Origin: Candidatus Bathyarchaeota archaeon
GTDB lineage: Archaea; Thermoproteota; Bathyarchaeia; Bathyarchaeales; Bathycorpusculaceae
Direction: 5' to 3'
Length of the DNA stretch: 64,000 nt
NCBI GenBank assembly: GCA_963739305.1
Contig: CAVTZU010000010.1
Location: forward strand, 53,279 to 117,278
The notes below the pieces were generated by a model. It was not told where the DNA came from and did not search any database. It was given only the letters and a program-made list of their open reading frames with translations. Positions 40,683 through 51,767 of the stretch are shown here, one piece after another. How positions within the stretch are numbered: position 1 is the stretch's first letter; every line of letters starts with the position of its first letter. Position numbers and translations under genes: made by a program.

Positions 40683-40736
40683 GGTTTCGACTATGTCACG
40701 GAGTTTGACGGAGAAAAGCTGTTCAGGAAACGCGAA
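40683..40736 (+). pseudogene. Remnant of a tyrosine integrase C-terminus
   Basis: Intergenic DNA translates to GFDYVTEFDGEKLFRKRE, resembling the GF(E/D)YV..DG.K(L/I)FRKRK tail I recall for archaeal tyrosine integrases; an in-frame TAA precedes it. Confidence 0.55.
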
Positions 40737-40789
40737 CAGATTACCAATTCTTTTCTTCTGGCTTTTCCCATAGAAGGAAAAAATGGAGG

Positions 40790-41710
40790 TTATGTTGGGC
40801 TTGTTATGGTTGTTTTTGGCGGCACCGCAAGCGGTGTTCTTCTTCTCGCTAAGAAGACTAGTACTCCGATGCTCATGATTAGAAAACCCAATGCGAAGAT
40901 GAGCCAGGCGTATCCTTGCATCATGAGCAAGTTGCCGCTTCCCTGCAGAATCGATGCGATGGCGTCTTCAAACGTGGACCATTTTGATGTTTCATTTGAC
41001 CAAGCCTGCTGTATAGAGTCCAACGAGTTCTTGTAGTAGGCCGCGGCTTTGCTGAAGTCTCCTCGCATATAACTGGCGCTTGCCAGTGTCTTGGCGACAT
41101 TCGACTCCTGTAGCAGTTGCCTCGCGTTCGCTGTCAGAAATGGGATGCCGTTGAAATTGCTGGTCGGGTATGCGTTCACTTGTTGTTCGTAATCATTCGC
41201 CGCTGCTTGATCTGTGGAAAACACGGCGAAACCGTTGCCATTCATGGTCCAACTGTTTGTTATCCTTTTAGGGCCGGTTGTACTGTTCACGCTCTCCACG
41301 TAGATTGTGTAGCCATGCGTCACCAGGTTGGATGCGAACAACGCAGACGGAACTGTGAAGTTTATCACGAAAACGTGTGCCTGAGAACTGGCGATGCCAA
41401 ACGGATTATCCGGGCTGCACTCACTTGAAGTGTAGTTTACGCCCCAATCGAAACCCACCTTCACAGCGGAAACGTTCAGCTGACCAAGATAAATGTCGTT
41501 CGAAACACCTACAACTAAAAATGCCGACGTGTTTTCCTCATATGCTGTAACTGATGAGCCGTAGAAGGGATCATACTGGTTCCGAACAACCGTAGAGATC
41601 CAGTTGTAATTGTTAATCGAAGCCCTTCCTACTGGTGTGGTCAATCCGGCAACCAAAACAGCAGCGCACAAGACTATGCACATTGTAATTGTTATTTTCA
41701 TCTTTCTCAC
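40790..41710 (-). CDS. Secreted, C-terminally membrane-anchored hypothetical protein
   Basis: N-terminal signal peptide, beta-rich domain, helical stalk, C-terminal TM followed by RRR. Confidence 0.75.
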   Translation of the reverse strand: MRKMKITITMCIVLCAAVLVAGLTTPVGRASINNYNWISTVVRNQYDPFYGSSVTAYEENTSAFLVVGVSNDIYLGQLNVSAVKVGFDWGVNYTSSECSPDNPFGIASSQAHVFVINFTVPSALFASNLVTHGYTIYVESVNSTTGPKRITNSWTMNGNGFAVFSTDQAAANDYEQQVNAYPTSNFNGIPFLTANARQLLQESNVAKTLASASYMRGDFSKAAAYYKNSLDSIQQAWSNETSKWSTFEDAIASILQGSGNLLMMQGYAWLIFALGFLIMSIGVLVFLARRRTPLAVPPKTTITSPT

Positions 41711-41911
41711 GTTCTATTTGGGTTTGAACGCAATCCAAATTGTACCTCAAGGTTAATATAACTTTAGCAGCCGCGCACGCAAGGACAGAGTCTCTGGTGC
41801 GATTTGCTACAATGTTCTTCTGAGTCAACATGAGAGATGTCGCCATATGTGTTTGAAGAATTACCTCCTCAAACCCAGTTGTTCAGAACTCAAAAACAGA
41901 AAAGTCTTCTA

Positions 41912-41939
41912 CTCTTCCTCATACTATATTACAGAAAAT
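41912..41939 (+). repeat. 28-bp direct repeat, copy 1
   Basis: CTCTTCCTCATACTATATTACAGAAAAT; 27/28 identical to 53624-53651. Confidence 0.8.
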
Positions 41940-41961
41940 CAGTTTGGGAAATTGAAGATTG

Positions 41962-44789
41962 TTATGTCCATGATTTTCCATAGTTTGCCGCCAGAATTAT
42001 GGCGTCATAGATATCTATGATTTCATCATTGTTGATGTCAACGTTTGAATCCCAAGATGATGTGGAATCGGGGAAACGTCGAAGTGATTCGCCAAGATGA
42101 TTGCATCATAGATATCAACGATCTTGTCTCCGTTGAGATCTCCCGGGATAGTGATGAAAACCCAGTTGCCGTTCATAGAATTGTCATTCAAGTCGGTTTC
42201 ACCCTCTAAGGGCGCAATGCGAACGCTCAAGCTATAGTTGCCTTTCGCCAGACTAGCAAGGTCCCAATCGCTAGAATAGATAATGGAATTGTTGCTTCTG
42301 AGCATGAATGTCTGATATCCGATGAACGTGTCATTGGCATAGAAAGATGGCGTTGAGCTCTTCGATTTTGCTGCCCTGATTTTCAAGATAGCACAGTCAC
42401 GTTTGTAGAGAATCCTTGTCCAACGATTGTTTTTGAAGATGAAATGTTCAAAGCTGCCGCATCGGGCGGAGTCCAAGGATTCATCAATGGATAATGGTCT
42501 ATGTTATTCGCATCTATGAGATAGGGAGTGTCTCCGATTCCATCACCGCCAATCTGGTCTTGAGCTGGACCCAGATACAAGTCTGTGCCGTTGTAGTCGC
42601 TCCAGTAGTTTCCACCTGAAGGATAGTCGTTTTTCCATATGTTTGTTGATTGCGTATACATTTGGACTTGTTGGACATTATTAATCAAGTTGTTATGGTA
42701 TATCGTGTTGTTGAATGATACGTCTATCAAGATGCCGCACGAGCCCGCTGAAATGTTGTTCTGCGTTACGAGATTGTAGTCTGTTGCGGTGAACTCGATG
42801 CCATATTGATTCTCGGCAAATTGGTTCCTGGTTATCGAGTTATTGTTAGAAGAGTAGATGAGAAGTGTGCCGCAGGTGTTCTTGAAAAACGTGTTTTCTA
42901 TGAGGCTGTTGTTTGAAGAGTATCGGCAGCCGATGCCGTAAATGTTGTCACTTGCATTGTTCATTTCTATTGTGCTTTTGGCCTCGCCGACAAGACTTAC
43001 TCCATACACGTTTTCTGCGAGCTTGTTGCCTTTAACTACGGAGTTACTTGAGTAAGCCAGCAATATACCTTGGTGATTGTGTGACAGCGATAGTTTTTCG
43101 ACCGTTATGTCTCTAGAGTCCACGACCGCCACGTATCCAGCATCTGGAGGAATTATTTCGCCAGTGCGGTTGACCCAATAATAAATGGGTTTGCCGTCGA
43201 CAGTGTTCGAAGTGTCTACTTCTTGGATGAAGTCTTCAAGTGTCTCTCCGAATACTCCAAAGTTGTATTCGTTCCCTGTCATCGCGTTGTTCGCAAGCGT
43301 GTTATTTGGTGAACTTCCAAGAAATGCCTTCGGAGTTGTTAATGATGCGGTAGTCGGTAAGATGGTTGCTTTCAGAAGAGGCGTCTATGGCAATTCCGCG
43401 TTCCTCGTTGGATTCAAAGGAATTGCGGATTATTGTATTATTAAATGCGTTTTCCACCCAGAGCCGACTATTGTTTTGAAAACGGTTTGTAAGGGACACA
43501 CAGCCGGTTACGTGGTCGAGTCCAACGCAGGCATCCGCCCAAGTGCCTGAATGTTGAACTGTGAAGCCACTCAAGGTTACGTTGTTCGCACTCAGTGCTA
43601 CGACACTGCCAGTGTCGCTTCCATCAATTATCGTAGAGCCTGCATTTTCCCCGACTAATGATATTGTTTTGTTTACGATGACATGCTCGTAATAAGTTCC
43701 ACTCCTGACGAATACTGCGTCTCCATCGTTTGCAGCATTGATTGCTTCTTGAATTGTTGAATAATCATCCGGAACCACGATGACTTTGGCTCCGGTCATG
43801 TCATAGTTGAGTGTAAATTGGCTGTCTGAATCGTTTTCATAACTGCCTAGATATGGAGAGTAAGTTCTAACGCAAATCTTGCTCCCTCCAGGACAGAACT
43901 GGAGTATTCTGAGCCATCCGTTTCCCCCGTTTATCCTGTCTTGATAATCTGCGAGGAGCTGGTATACTGTATGTCCATTCACCGCGTCTGCTCTTTCGGC
44001 CTCAGCGTGATTGTGACCGCAAAGAACCAGGAAGATTCTGTCTGCGTGCGGTGCAATTAAGCTATCCCATATTCTCTGGCCGATGTCTGTTCGGGTGCCG
44101 TCAACATTTAGGTAGCTGTGGGTCGTTACAATCACTCGTCTATTAGGAAAGTTTTGCAGCGTGCTATTGGCCCATGCTAGAACTTGGTCACTAGGTTGAT
44201 ATTGAAGGTGGAAAATCAGATAATCATCCTGACCACCTCGAAAGAGCTCGAAATTGTTGCTATTGTCGTTCTGATAGGCTCCGCCGTACCAACTCCTGCC
44301 GCTGAATCTGCTGTAGTTGAAATATATGTTATAATTGGCCACGTTTCCAGGCGATCCATCGTGGTTTCCCGGCAAGACGCCGTAGGACACGTTTCCAACG
44401 TCAAGCCTGCTCATGCTATTGTTCGCGTTGTTCCACTCACTGAGTGAACCATAATCATTGACTATGTCTCCTTCATGCGTGACAAACATTATGTTCATAC
44501 TCTGCGCATTGTCAGCGATCCATCGTGTTTGGTTATAAAAAATATCAGGGTAGCTTGCAGAATAGAATTGTGTATCTGGAAGAGCTATAATTGAGAAGTT
44601 TGTGGCCATCTCCGTTCCTGACAGGGAGGTCGGAACGTTCACTGGGATTCCACCGAAGGGTCTCGATCCAGCACTGTAATGAACCGCAACTGATGGCAGA
44701 GTCACCATCAGCAACACCATCAGGATCCAGACCGATAGTCCTTTTTTCAGCACTTCCTTTCTCCAGTATTTAGATAGTGAAATCTGCAA
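41962..44789 (-). pseudogene. Secreted metallophosphoesterase + NosD/beta-helix + CARDB-like + dockerin-like protein with at least 4 frameshifts
   Basis: PDTQ, GDIVN, GNHD and GHNH motifs; VPDDYSTIQEAIN NosD start; GGNYWSDY; GDLNGDKIVDIYDAI plus a second repeat VDINNDEIIDIYDAIILAANYG ending at TAA 41962. Frame breaks near 43320, 42390, 42345 and 42065. Confidence 0.75.
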
Positions 44790-45198
44790 ATATCATTTGC
44801 GGACAAATCTTCTATAGACACTGAAAGCTTTCAAGCCCAATTTTACCATCATATTGGAATCGGAGGTAACAATATGACCGAAATTAAAAACGAGTCCGAA
44901 GGCTCTTGCGTTGCACGAAATAGCGCGCGTGAGGAGAAAGCAAGAATCAACAGGTCAAGAGGACCACGGGCAATCACGTCAACTAACAAACTAACCAATT
45001 CGCGCGCGCGAAGCGAGTTGTTACACTTTGCCATTCTTTCAACATTGCTCAAAATTCGACTATTAAAATTGTTACAAAAGGATGATCTTTTACGCTGAGT
45101 CTCGTAGCGCGCGCTATTGCAGACAGACCCGACCCGCGCGCTATAATAGTACGAGGCGTAAATGCTATTATTACTGAACCAAACAAGGAAGTGCAGCC

Positions 45199-46257
45199 AT
45201 GAAAGCTCTCGTGCTAAGCGGAGGCAAAGGAACCAGACTGAGGCCGCTCACTTTCACGTTGGCTAAGCAGCTTATCCCAGTTGCCAACAGACCCATACTC
45301 GGCTACGTCCTCGACCAAGTCAAAGAAGCGGGGATAAAAACCGTAGGCCTCATCATAGCCCCGGAAACCGGAAACTACGTAAAAGACTACGTAAAAGATG
45401 GCCAAGAATGGAGCTTCAACGTCACTTTCATACCGCAAGAGCCACTGGGCCTGGCACACGCGGTCAAAACCGCCCAAACCTTTCTGGGCCAAGACGACTT
45501 TGTTATGTGCCTAGGTGACAACCTTCAAGGCGGAGGCATAACCGCGCTCGTGAAAAAGTTCAAAGACGAAAACCTCGACGCTCTTATACTGCTCAAAGAA
45601 GTGGATGAACCCACCAAGTTCGGCGTCGCTGTCCTGGACAAGAACGGTAACGTCATCAGACTCGTAGAAAAACCAAAAGAACCACCGAGCAACCTCGCCA
45701 TCGTGGGCACATACCTCTTTTCCAACAGAATCCACAAAGCCATAACAAAAACGAAACCATCATTTAGAGGTGAACTTGAAATCACCGACGCTATCCAACA
45801 AATGATAAACATGGGCTTCAACGTTAAAGCTGAAATCTTGGAAACATGGTGGCTGGATACAGGAAAAAAGGACGACATCCTCACAGCCAACGCAAGAATC
45901 CTCGATGAATACATACGACGGGACGTCAGAGGGAAGGTGGAGAATAGCTCCATTGAAGGAAGGGTCAAAATAGAAGAAAGCGCGAAAATTGCGAACAGCA
46001 CTATCCGAGGCCCCTGCATCATAGGAAAAAACACGACAATTCAAGACTCATTCATAGGACCATACACCAGCATAGGTGACCAAACGCAAGTCACAAACAG
46101 TTCCATCGAATACAGCGTAATCCTCGAAAACGCAGTAATAACGGGAATTGAAAGACTCGAAGAAAGCCTTTTAGGAAGAAACGCCAAAATTCTTAGCATC
46201 AAGGAACATAAGGCACTGAGACTCCACGTAGGCGACTACTCAGAGGTAGAATTATGA
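45199..46257 (+). CDS. rmlA: Glucose-1-phosphate thymidylyltransferase (long form)
   Basis: LSGGKGTRLRPLT..KQL.PVAN, LGDN, EKP, RGELEITDA and WLDTG. Confidence 0.9.
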   Translation: MKALVLSGGKGTRLRPLTFTLAKQLIPVANRPILGYVLDQVKEAGIKTVGLIIAPETGNYVKDYVKDGQEWSFNVTFIPQEPLGLAHAVKTAQTFLGQDDFVMCLGDNLQGGGITALVKKFKDENLDALILLKEVDEPTKFGVAVLDKNGNVIRLVEKPKEPPSNLAIVGTYLFSNRIHKAITKTKPSFRGELEITDAIQQMINMGFNVKAEILETWWLDTGKKDDILTANARILDEYIRRDVRGKVENSSIEGRVKIEESAKIANSTIRGPCIIGKNTTIQDSFIGPYTSIGDQTQVTNSSIEYSVILENAVITGIERLEESLLGRNAKILSIKEHKALRLHVGDYSEVEL

Positions 46258-46769
46258 AAGAGTACGATCTCAAAGGCGTTAAAACACACGAAATAAACGT
46301 CATACCCGATGAAAGAGGTTTCTTTACCGAAGCCCTGAGACAAGATTGGAAAGACCTGCTTGAAGAAGACTGGATCACGCAGGCAAACGTTAGCAAGAGC
46401 TACCCAAACATGGTCAGAGCTTGGCACAAACATGAAAGAGGACAAATAGACACGTTCCTCGTGCTTGAAGGAGCCATGAAAATCTGTGCCTACGAGGAGC
46501 AAACTGGAAAAATGGCTGAAATCGTAGGCAGCGGCGAAAAATTGACTCTAGTAAGAATCCCAGGAAAATACCTTCATGGAACAAAAACCGTGAGCGATGA
46601 ACCCTCCCTCACGGTCTACTTCGTCACGCGTCTCTATGACTACAAGAACCCGGATGAAATCCGCCGACCGTGGAACGATCAAACAATAATCCCCACCGAA
46701 ATAAATGGCAAGAAGAACGATCCACGGGTCGGCAAACCATGGGACTGGTTTAGCCCTCCACACAAATAG
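46254..46769 (+). CDS. rmlC: dTDP-4-dehydrorhamnose 3,5-epimerase family (cupin)
   Basis: DERGFFTE, VRAWHKH, IP...HG and YDYKNPDE. Confidence 0.85.
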   Translation: MKEYDLKGVKTHEINVIPDERGFFTEALRQDWKDLLEEDWITQANVSKSYPNMVRAWHKHERGQIDTFLVLEGAMKICAYEEQTGKMAEIVGSGEKLTLVRIPGKYLHGTKTVSDEPSLTVYFVTRLYDYKNPDEIRRPWNDQTIIPTEINGKKNDPRVGKPWDWFSPPHK

Positions 46770-46782
46770 AGGCGAGAGCCGA

Positions 46783-47799
46783 ATGCACGTACTCGTAACC
46801 GGCGGTGCAGGATACATAGGCTCAATTCTCTCAAGAACTCTAATTGAGAAAGGCCACAGAGTAACAGTTCTGGACAGACTGTTTTTTGGAACCGGTCCAC
46901 TAGAGGATATCATGGACAAGATAACCCTAATCAAGGATGATGTTAGAGACTTTGAACCGTCAATTCTAAACGGCATAGATGCCGTTTTGGACTTGGCCTC
47001 GCTATCAAATGACCCCAGCGGCGAACTGGACCCACAGAAGACTCTCGAAATAAACTACAAGGGAAGAGTAAGAGTGGCCAAACTCTCCAAGACTCACAAG
47101 GTCAAACGATACGTTCTAGCCAGCACCTGCAGTGTCTATGGCTTCCAAGAGGGAAACTTGACTGAAGAGTCTCAAGTGAACCCGCTGACCACATACTCAA
47201 AAGCAAACGTTTATGCCGAAAAAGAAATCTTGCCACTAGCCGACGGACACTTCACAGTGACTGCCCTCAGGCAGGCCACCGTGTACGGACTTTCGCAACG
47301 AATGAGGTTCGACCTTGCTATTAACGGAATGGTCTTGGGGTTCTTCAAGAATCGGAAAATCCCGATAATGAGAGATGGCCAACAATGGCGTCCATTTGTG
47401 CACGTCAAAGACACGACCAACGCCTTCATCAAAACTCTAGAGTCTGAACCAGAGCTTGTCAATGGACAAGTATTCAACGTGAGCAGCAACGAACAAAACG
47501 TGCAAATCTTTGACCTGGCCAAGCTTGTAGCTGAAGCTGTCAACCTGCCCTTCAACTATGAATGGTACGGTACACCTGACAAAAGAAGCTACAAAGTAAG
47601 CTTCGACAAGATTAACAAAACCCTGAATTACAGGACAGCATACACATTGAAACAGGGAGCAAAAGAAGTTTTCGACGCTCTCCAAAACGGGAGAATAAAC
47701 CCGGACGATCCAAAGACAATAACAGTGAAGTGGTATAGCCATCTTTTGGAAATGCACAATTTCCTCAAAGATGTCGAGAAAAATGGGACGTTGCTATGA
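46783..47799 (+). CDS. NAD-dependent sugar epimerase/dehydratase (extended SDR)
   Basis: VTGGAGYIG, LASLSNDP, STCSVYG, R.ATVYG.S.RMRFDL and WRPFVHV.D. Confidence 0.85.
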   Translation: MHVLVTGGAGYIGSILSRTLIEKGHRVTVLDRLFFGTGPLEDIMDKITLIKDDVRDFEPSILNGIDAVLDLASLSNDPSGELDPQKTLEINYKGRVRVAKLSKTHKVKRYVLASTCSVYGFQEGNLTEESQVNPLTTYSKANVYAEKEILPLADGHFTVTALRQATVYGLSQRMRFDLAINGMVLGFFKNRKIPIMRDGQQWRPFVHVKDTTNAFIKTLESEPELVNGQVFNVSSNEQNVQIFDLAKLVAEAVNLPFNYEWYGTPDKRSYKVSFDKINKTLNYRTAYTLKQGAKEVFDALQNGRINPDDPKTITVKWYSHLLEMHNFLKDVEKNGTLL

Positions 47800-48656
47800 G
47801 AATAGTGATCATCGGGTCAACTGGTCAGCTGGGCACGGATCTCATGAAGTCCTTTCAAGCTGCAGATGAAGTCATAGGTTTGACACATCAGAACTTCGAA
47901 GTCACGACCTACGACAGCTGCCTCAAACTGAAAGAACTCAGCCCAGACGTTGTCATAAATACAGCCGCGTTTCACAGAACCGACCAATGCGAGGACGAAC
48001 CCCTGAAAGCTTTCTCTGTAAACGCTGTCGGAGCAAGAAACATAGCGCTAGTCTCAAAAGAAATGAACGCCACAACCGTATACATAAGCACAGATTACGT
48101 TTTTGACGGCTCCAAAACCGAAGCCTACAACGACACTGACCCACCAAACCCGATCAACACCTACGGAATCTCCAAGCTTGCAGGCGAACTCTTTACAAAA
48201 CAAAACCCCAAGTACTACATAACAAGAGTCGCAAGTCTTTTCGGAGAAGCGGGATCAAGCGGCAAAGGAGGCAACTTCGTAGAAACGATGATAACCAAAG
48301 CCAAGAGAAATGAACCCCTCAGCGTCGTCGACGATATGTGGATGAGCCCAACCTACACAAGAGACACGGCAGCAGCCATCCAGAGAATCATCAAATCAGG
48401 CATCGCACACGGAACCTACAACACAACAAATCAAGGCCAATGCACATGGTTTGAATTCGCGCAGGAAATATTCAAACAAACAGGTTTGACCCCTAACTTG
48501 ACGCCCACAAAAACCAACCAACTACAGTACAAAGCCAAAAGACCCAAATTCTCAGCTTTAACAAGCACAGAGCTGCCAAAGCATCGTATAATGATGCCTG
48601 AATGGAGAGATGCGCTACACAGATATCTCGTCGAAAAAAAGCACATCAATCCCTAA
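47796..48656 (+). CDS. rmlD: dTDP-4-dehydrorhamnose reductase
   Basis: GSTGQLG, ISTDYVFDG, YGISKLAGE, SPTY and RP.FS.L. Confidence 0.92.
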   Translation: MRIVIIGSTGQLGTDLMKSFQAADEVIGLTHQNFEVTTYDSCLKLKELSPDVVINTAAFHRTDQCEDEPLKAFSVNAVGARNIALVSKEMNATTVYISTDYVFDGSKTEAYNDTDPPNPINTYGISKLAGELFTKQNPKYYITRVASLFGEAGSSGKGGNFVETMITKAKRNEPLSVVDDMWMSPTYTRDTAAAIQRIIKSGIAHGTYNTTNQGQCTWFEFAQEIFKQTGLTPNLTPTKTNQLQYKAKRPKFSALTSTELPKHRIMMPEWRDALHRYLVEKKHINP

Positions 48657-48925
48657 TAACTTAACAAGCATCACACCTCAGTCTTGAACGAACAGCAAAG
48701 AAGTACAGACCAGTTTCGCGAGCACGAGTGTACTTGAATCCCTCTTTTTAGTTGCGATAGAGTAAACCACACATTCGCGCGCGAATCGTAAACCGGCCTA
48801 GCGTTCTTCAGAAAAACCCAAAAAAACACATCCTTCAGAATGCCTGGAGAACTTTGCATATAACATATATAGAATTGTTTCACAGCAATCATCGTTGGCC
48901 TCGCGAGTGGAAATGGGGCTGAAGA

Positions 48926-49726
48926 TTGAAGATTTCAGTAGTAATCAGAACCAGGGACAAGGAACGATATCTTGACGAGTTACTGGAAAGTCTGGCGGCC
49001 CAAACTGTTCGCGCGTCTGAAATAATTGTTGTCGACAACTATTCTACCGAAGAAAATCGCAGAACCATGGCGGAAAGTCTGGATGAAACCTCTCGAAACC
49101 GTTTCAGCGGTCTGGGGATGAGGCTTAAGCTGGTTACTCTGACGGACAGGGAATTCTCTCACGCTTATTCAACAAACTTGGGCGTCGACACTGCTGAGAA
49201 CGAATTGGTCTGCATAACGAACGCCCACTCGCTTCCGGTATCTCTGACTTGGCTGGAAGATGGGTTAAGGCATTTTGAAGACCGCAAGGTTGCTGGGGTC
49301 AGCGGGTTTTTCATCCCGCACGAAGATCAGACCGTGGCCGGAAAACTGGACGCTCTGGTATACTATTTTGGCCAAAAAGTGGCAGCGCAAGAAGACTGGT
49401 TCTGCACAATAAGCAGTATCATTAGAAAACAACTTTGGAGGATCTATCCATTCGACGAGAACTTGCCGAAAATCGTTCCAGAAACCAGGAAGTACGGATT
49501 AGAAGATTACGATTGGGGCCAAGAGATGATGGCTCGAGGCTACAGAATTGTGGTGGACCCGTCGTTCAGCGTCTTTCACTCGCATACAAAAGGCCTAGAT
49601 GAAGCAATGAGGAACGTGAAGAACTTTTTTGTTTACAGACGAATTCAGGAGAAGATACGAGCGTTTAGCAGGCCCAGAGGGTCATTCAGCAGAGTCTTCC
49701 AGATAAACTCAACAAGTCAAATATAG
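48926..49726 (+). CDS. GT2 glycosyltransferase (possible rhamnosyltransferase)
   Basis: ISVVIRT, IIVVDNYS, FDE..ED..W and VFHSH; next to the rml genes. Confidence 0.82.
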   Translation: MKISVVIRTRDKERYLDELLESLAAQTVRASEIIVVDNYSTEENRRTMAESLDETSRNRFSGLGMRLKLVTLTDREFSHAYSTNLGVDTAENELVCITNAHSLPVSLTWLEDGLRHFEDRKVAGVSGFFIPHEDQTVAGKLDALVYYFGQKVAAQEDWFCTISSIIRKQLWRIYPFDENLPKIVPETRKYGLEDYDWGQEMMARGYRIVVDPSFSVFHSHTKGLDEAMRNVKNFFVYRRIQEKIRAFSRPRGSFSRVFQINSTSQI

Positions 49727-49817
49727 GTAGAAACCAGAATCAAAGGTTCTGAAAAGCCAAAGCCATCGAAGACCTGGGGCAGGAAGTTTTCCAGCAAGTG
49801 ACTCGTTTAGAGGCGAT

Positions 49818-50321
49818 TTACTTGGTTTTTCCAGTATGACGCTCTTGCTCGAACATGGCAAACGACGCCTTTCGTTTGGTCTCCATCTCTTTATCACTCA
49901 TTTTGACTTGCTTCGAGATTGACCAACGGTGACCAAACGGATCGGCAAGCTGTCCGTAGCGCTCTCCCCAGAATTGATTTTCCATCGGCATCGTTACCTT
50001 TGCTCCTGCAGAAATGGCTTGTTTCCACAGTTTTTCCGCGTCCTTCGAAAAAATGTGAAGCGTCACGGTGCTGGCCCCAAGGGAGGTCGGTGATTTGACG
50101 TCGGAACCTGGGAACTCTTCAGACAACATTACTATCGAGTCGCCGATCTTGATTCGTGCATTCAGTATTCTTCCGTCTGGAAGAGGGTTTCTCCCGAGTT
50201 CTTTGGCGTTGAAAGCCTTCTTATAGAACTCGATGGCTTTTGCGGCTCCGCTGATCACGAGATAGGGTGTGACTGTGCGGAATCCTGAAGGAACAGGTCT
50301 GATCTCTTTTGACTTACTCAT
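49818..50321 (-). CDS. VOC/glyoxalase (PhnB-like) protein
   Basis: TVTPYL..GAAKAIEFYKKAF and QFWGERYGQLADPFGHRW. Confidence 0.9.
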   Translation of the reverse strand: MSKSKEIRPVPSGFRTVTPYLVISGAAKAIEFYKKAFNAKELGRNPLPDGRILNARIKIGDSIVMLSEEFPGSDVKSPTSLGASTVTLHIFSKDAEKLWKQAISAGAKVTMPMENQFWGERYGQLADPFGHRWSISKQVKMSDKEMETKRKASFAMFEQERHTGKTK

Positions 50322-50555
50322 AACAACCAACTCTCAACTAGAGAAGTTCACCACTTAAATCTTGTCAATCTCATTGTTGAGTGATCGCAGAGCGTCTAAT
50401 TGTCTTGATTTCTTGCGCAACGCGAGACATCCGAAAAACTATCGAATACAAGAATATGGAAGACGAAACAGCGTAAACCTTCACATCATGAAGACAACGT
50501 TTAAGCCCAAACGGAATTAAACATAACAAAACCTAGCTAGCGCTGGCGAAAGACT

Positions 50556-51626
50556 TTGGAAATCTGCGGATGTTCAGAATGGCTCTTGCAAAATGCTGGA
50601 CCGGTCATCAGATATCGAACAGCAACCGAACTTCTGCAAAATGAAAACAAGAACCCGTCCCTAGAAAAAGAACTCCTTACGAGCAACCTTGTGCGGTTTT
50701 GGCTTGAAAACCTGAATCCTAACCCTGATAGAAAGACACTGCACGGAGCAAAAACTGAGAGTTACGAAAACGTGATGGGTAAACTCTATGAATTCGGCCT
50801 CAAAAAAGGAGAACCCGTCATCGATACAAGAATGAGACCGTTTCGTCGCTGGATGAAGGAGCAGATAAGGCTTCCAAACGAAGGCTACCTTCCTGTATTC
50901 TACCGCACATTAACCGCTGCATTCCTCGTGCTGACCGGATACTCGGACGATGAAGCAGTCAAGGAATGGGTTCTCAGAAGGTTGAACACGGTGTACGCTT
51001 TTGCGAAAGAAGGTAGCCTGAAAGAGGCCTACGTGTCTCAAACAAAGTTTCCGGGCTTTCCAAAGGGTTTCAGAAAAACGCCTCTCCTAAACCCAGAACT
51101 GTATCCTAATGATGAGTTGAAACTCCCATGGATACATGACATAAACGCATTCTTGCACGCGCCGTTCATCATGGAAGATGCAAACCTCAGAGAAAAAGTT
51201 GAAAGCATCGTCAAATTTGTCCTCACCCCAGCCTATCAACGCTTGCACGTCGGGTACGGAGTGGTTCGACACCAATCCGGCAGATACTACGCAATGGGTT
51301 GGAGCGTTCACGTGCCCGCATACTTCGAATCAAACGTTTCTTCAAAAGAAGCTGGACACCTGTTGCTTCTGCTGAAGCTGCTAAGTCCGTCAAAAGCCGC
51401 CAGAGAACACGCTTGGTTCAAGCGTTCAATACAGATGCTAACTCGATTCAAAGGCGAAAATGGTCTGATGAGTTTTCCTCAAGTATTCTTGCCTGAGAAA
51501 CGATTTGGCTGTTGGATCCTGGGACATAGGATGGCGCTTGAGGAGAATCGAAGAGCCGAGAAAGCAATTCTATGCGAATCAACATTCAGGTTCCTCGAGA
51601 TAACATCACGTAATGTGTGCGCATAA
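50556..51626 (+). CDS. Hypothetical protein, possibly prenyltransferase/squalene-cyclase-like alpha-alpha toroid
   Basis: Long ORF; the WLLQNAGPVIRYRTATELL start resembles that family. The fold is only inferred. Confidence 0.55.
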   Translation: MEICGCSEWLLQNAGPVIRYRTATELLQNENKNPSLEKELLTSNLVRFWLENLNPNPDRKTLHGAKTESYENVMGKLYEFGLKKGEPVIDTRMRPFRRWMKEQIRLPNEGYLPVFYRTLTAAFLVLTGYSDDEAVKEWVLRRLNTVYAFAKEGSLKEAYVSQTKFPGFPKGFRKTPLLNPELYPNDELKLPWIHDINAFLHAPFIMEDANLREKVESIVKFVLTPAYQRLHVGYGVVRHQSGRYYAMGWSVHVPAYFESNVSSKEAGHLLLLLKLLSPSKAAREHAWFKRSIQMLTRFKGENGLMSFPQVFLPEKRFGCWILGHRMALEENRRAEKAILCESTFRFLEITSRNVCA

Positions 51627-51767
51627 CTAACCCGAACAAGAACCCTAAAAGGCCCGTCAACTTTAGCCTCACTTTCGTTTTCAACCATTAAAATCCTGTT
51701 TCCACACGCGAGTCAAAAACCTTGTATACGCCCTAAGGACAAATAGAGGGATGAGGAGGAGGAAAAA

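Noticed and set aside
40580-40790. tRNA integration target at the island boundary
   Set aside because: No cloverleaf or T-loop structure is recognisable; the GGTTTCGA present is part of the integrase-like remnant.
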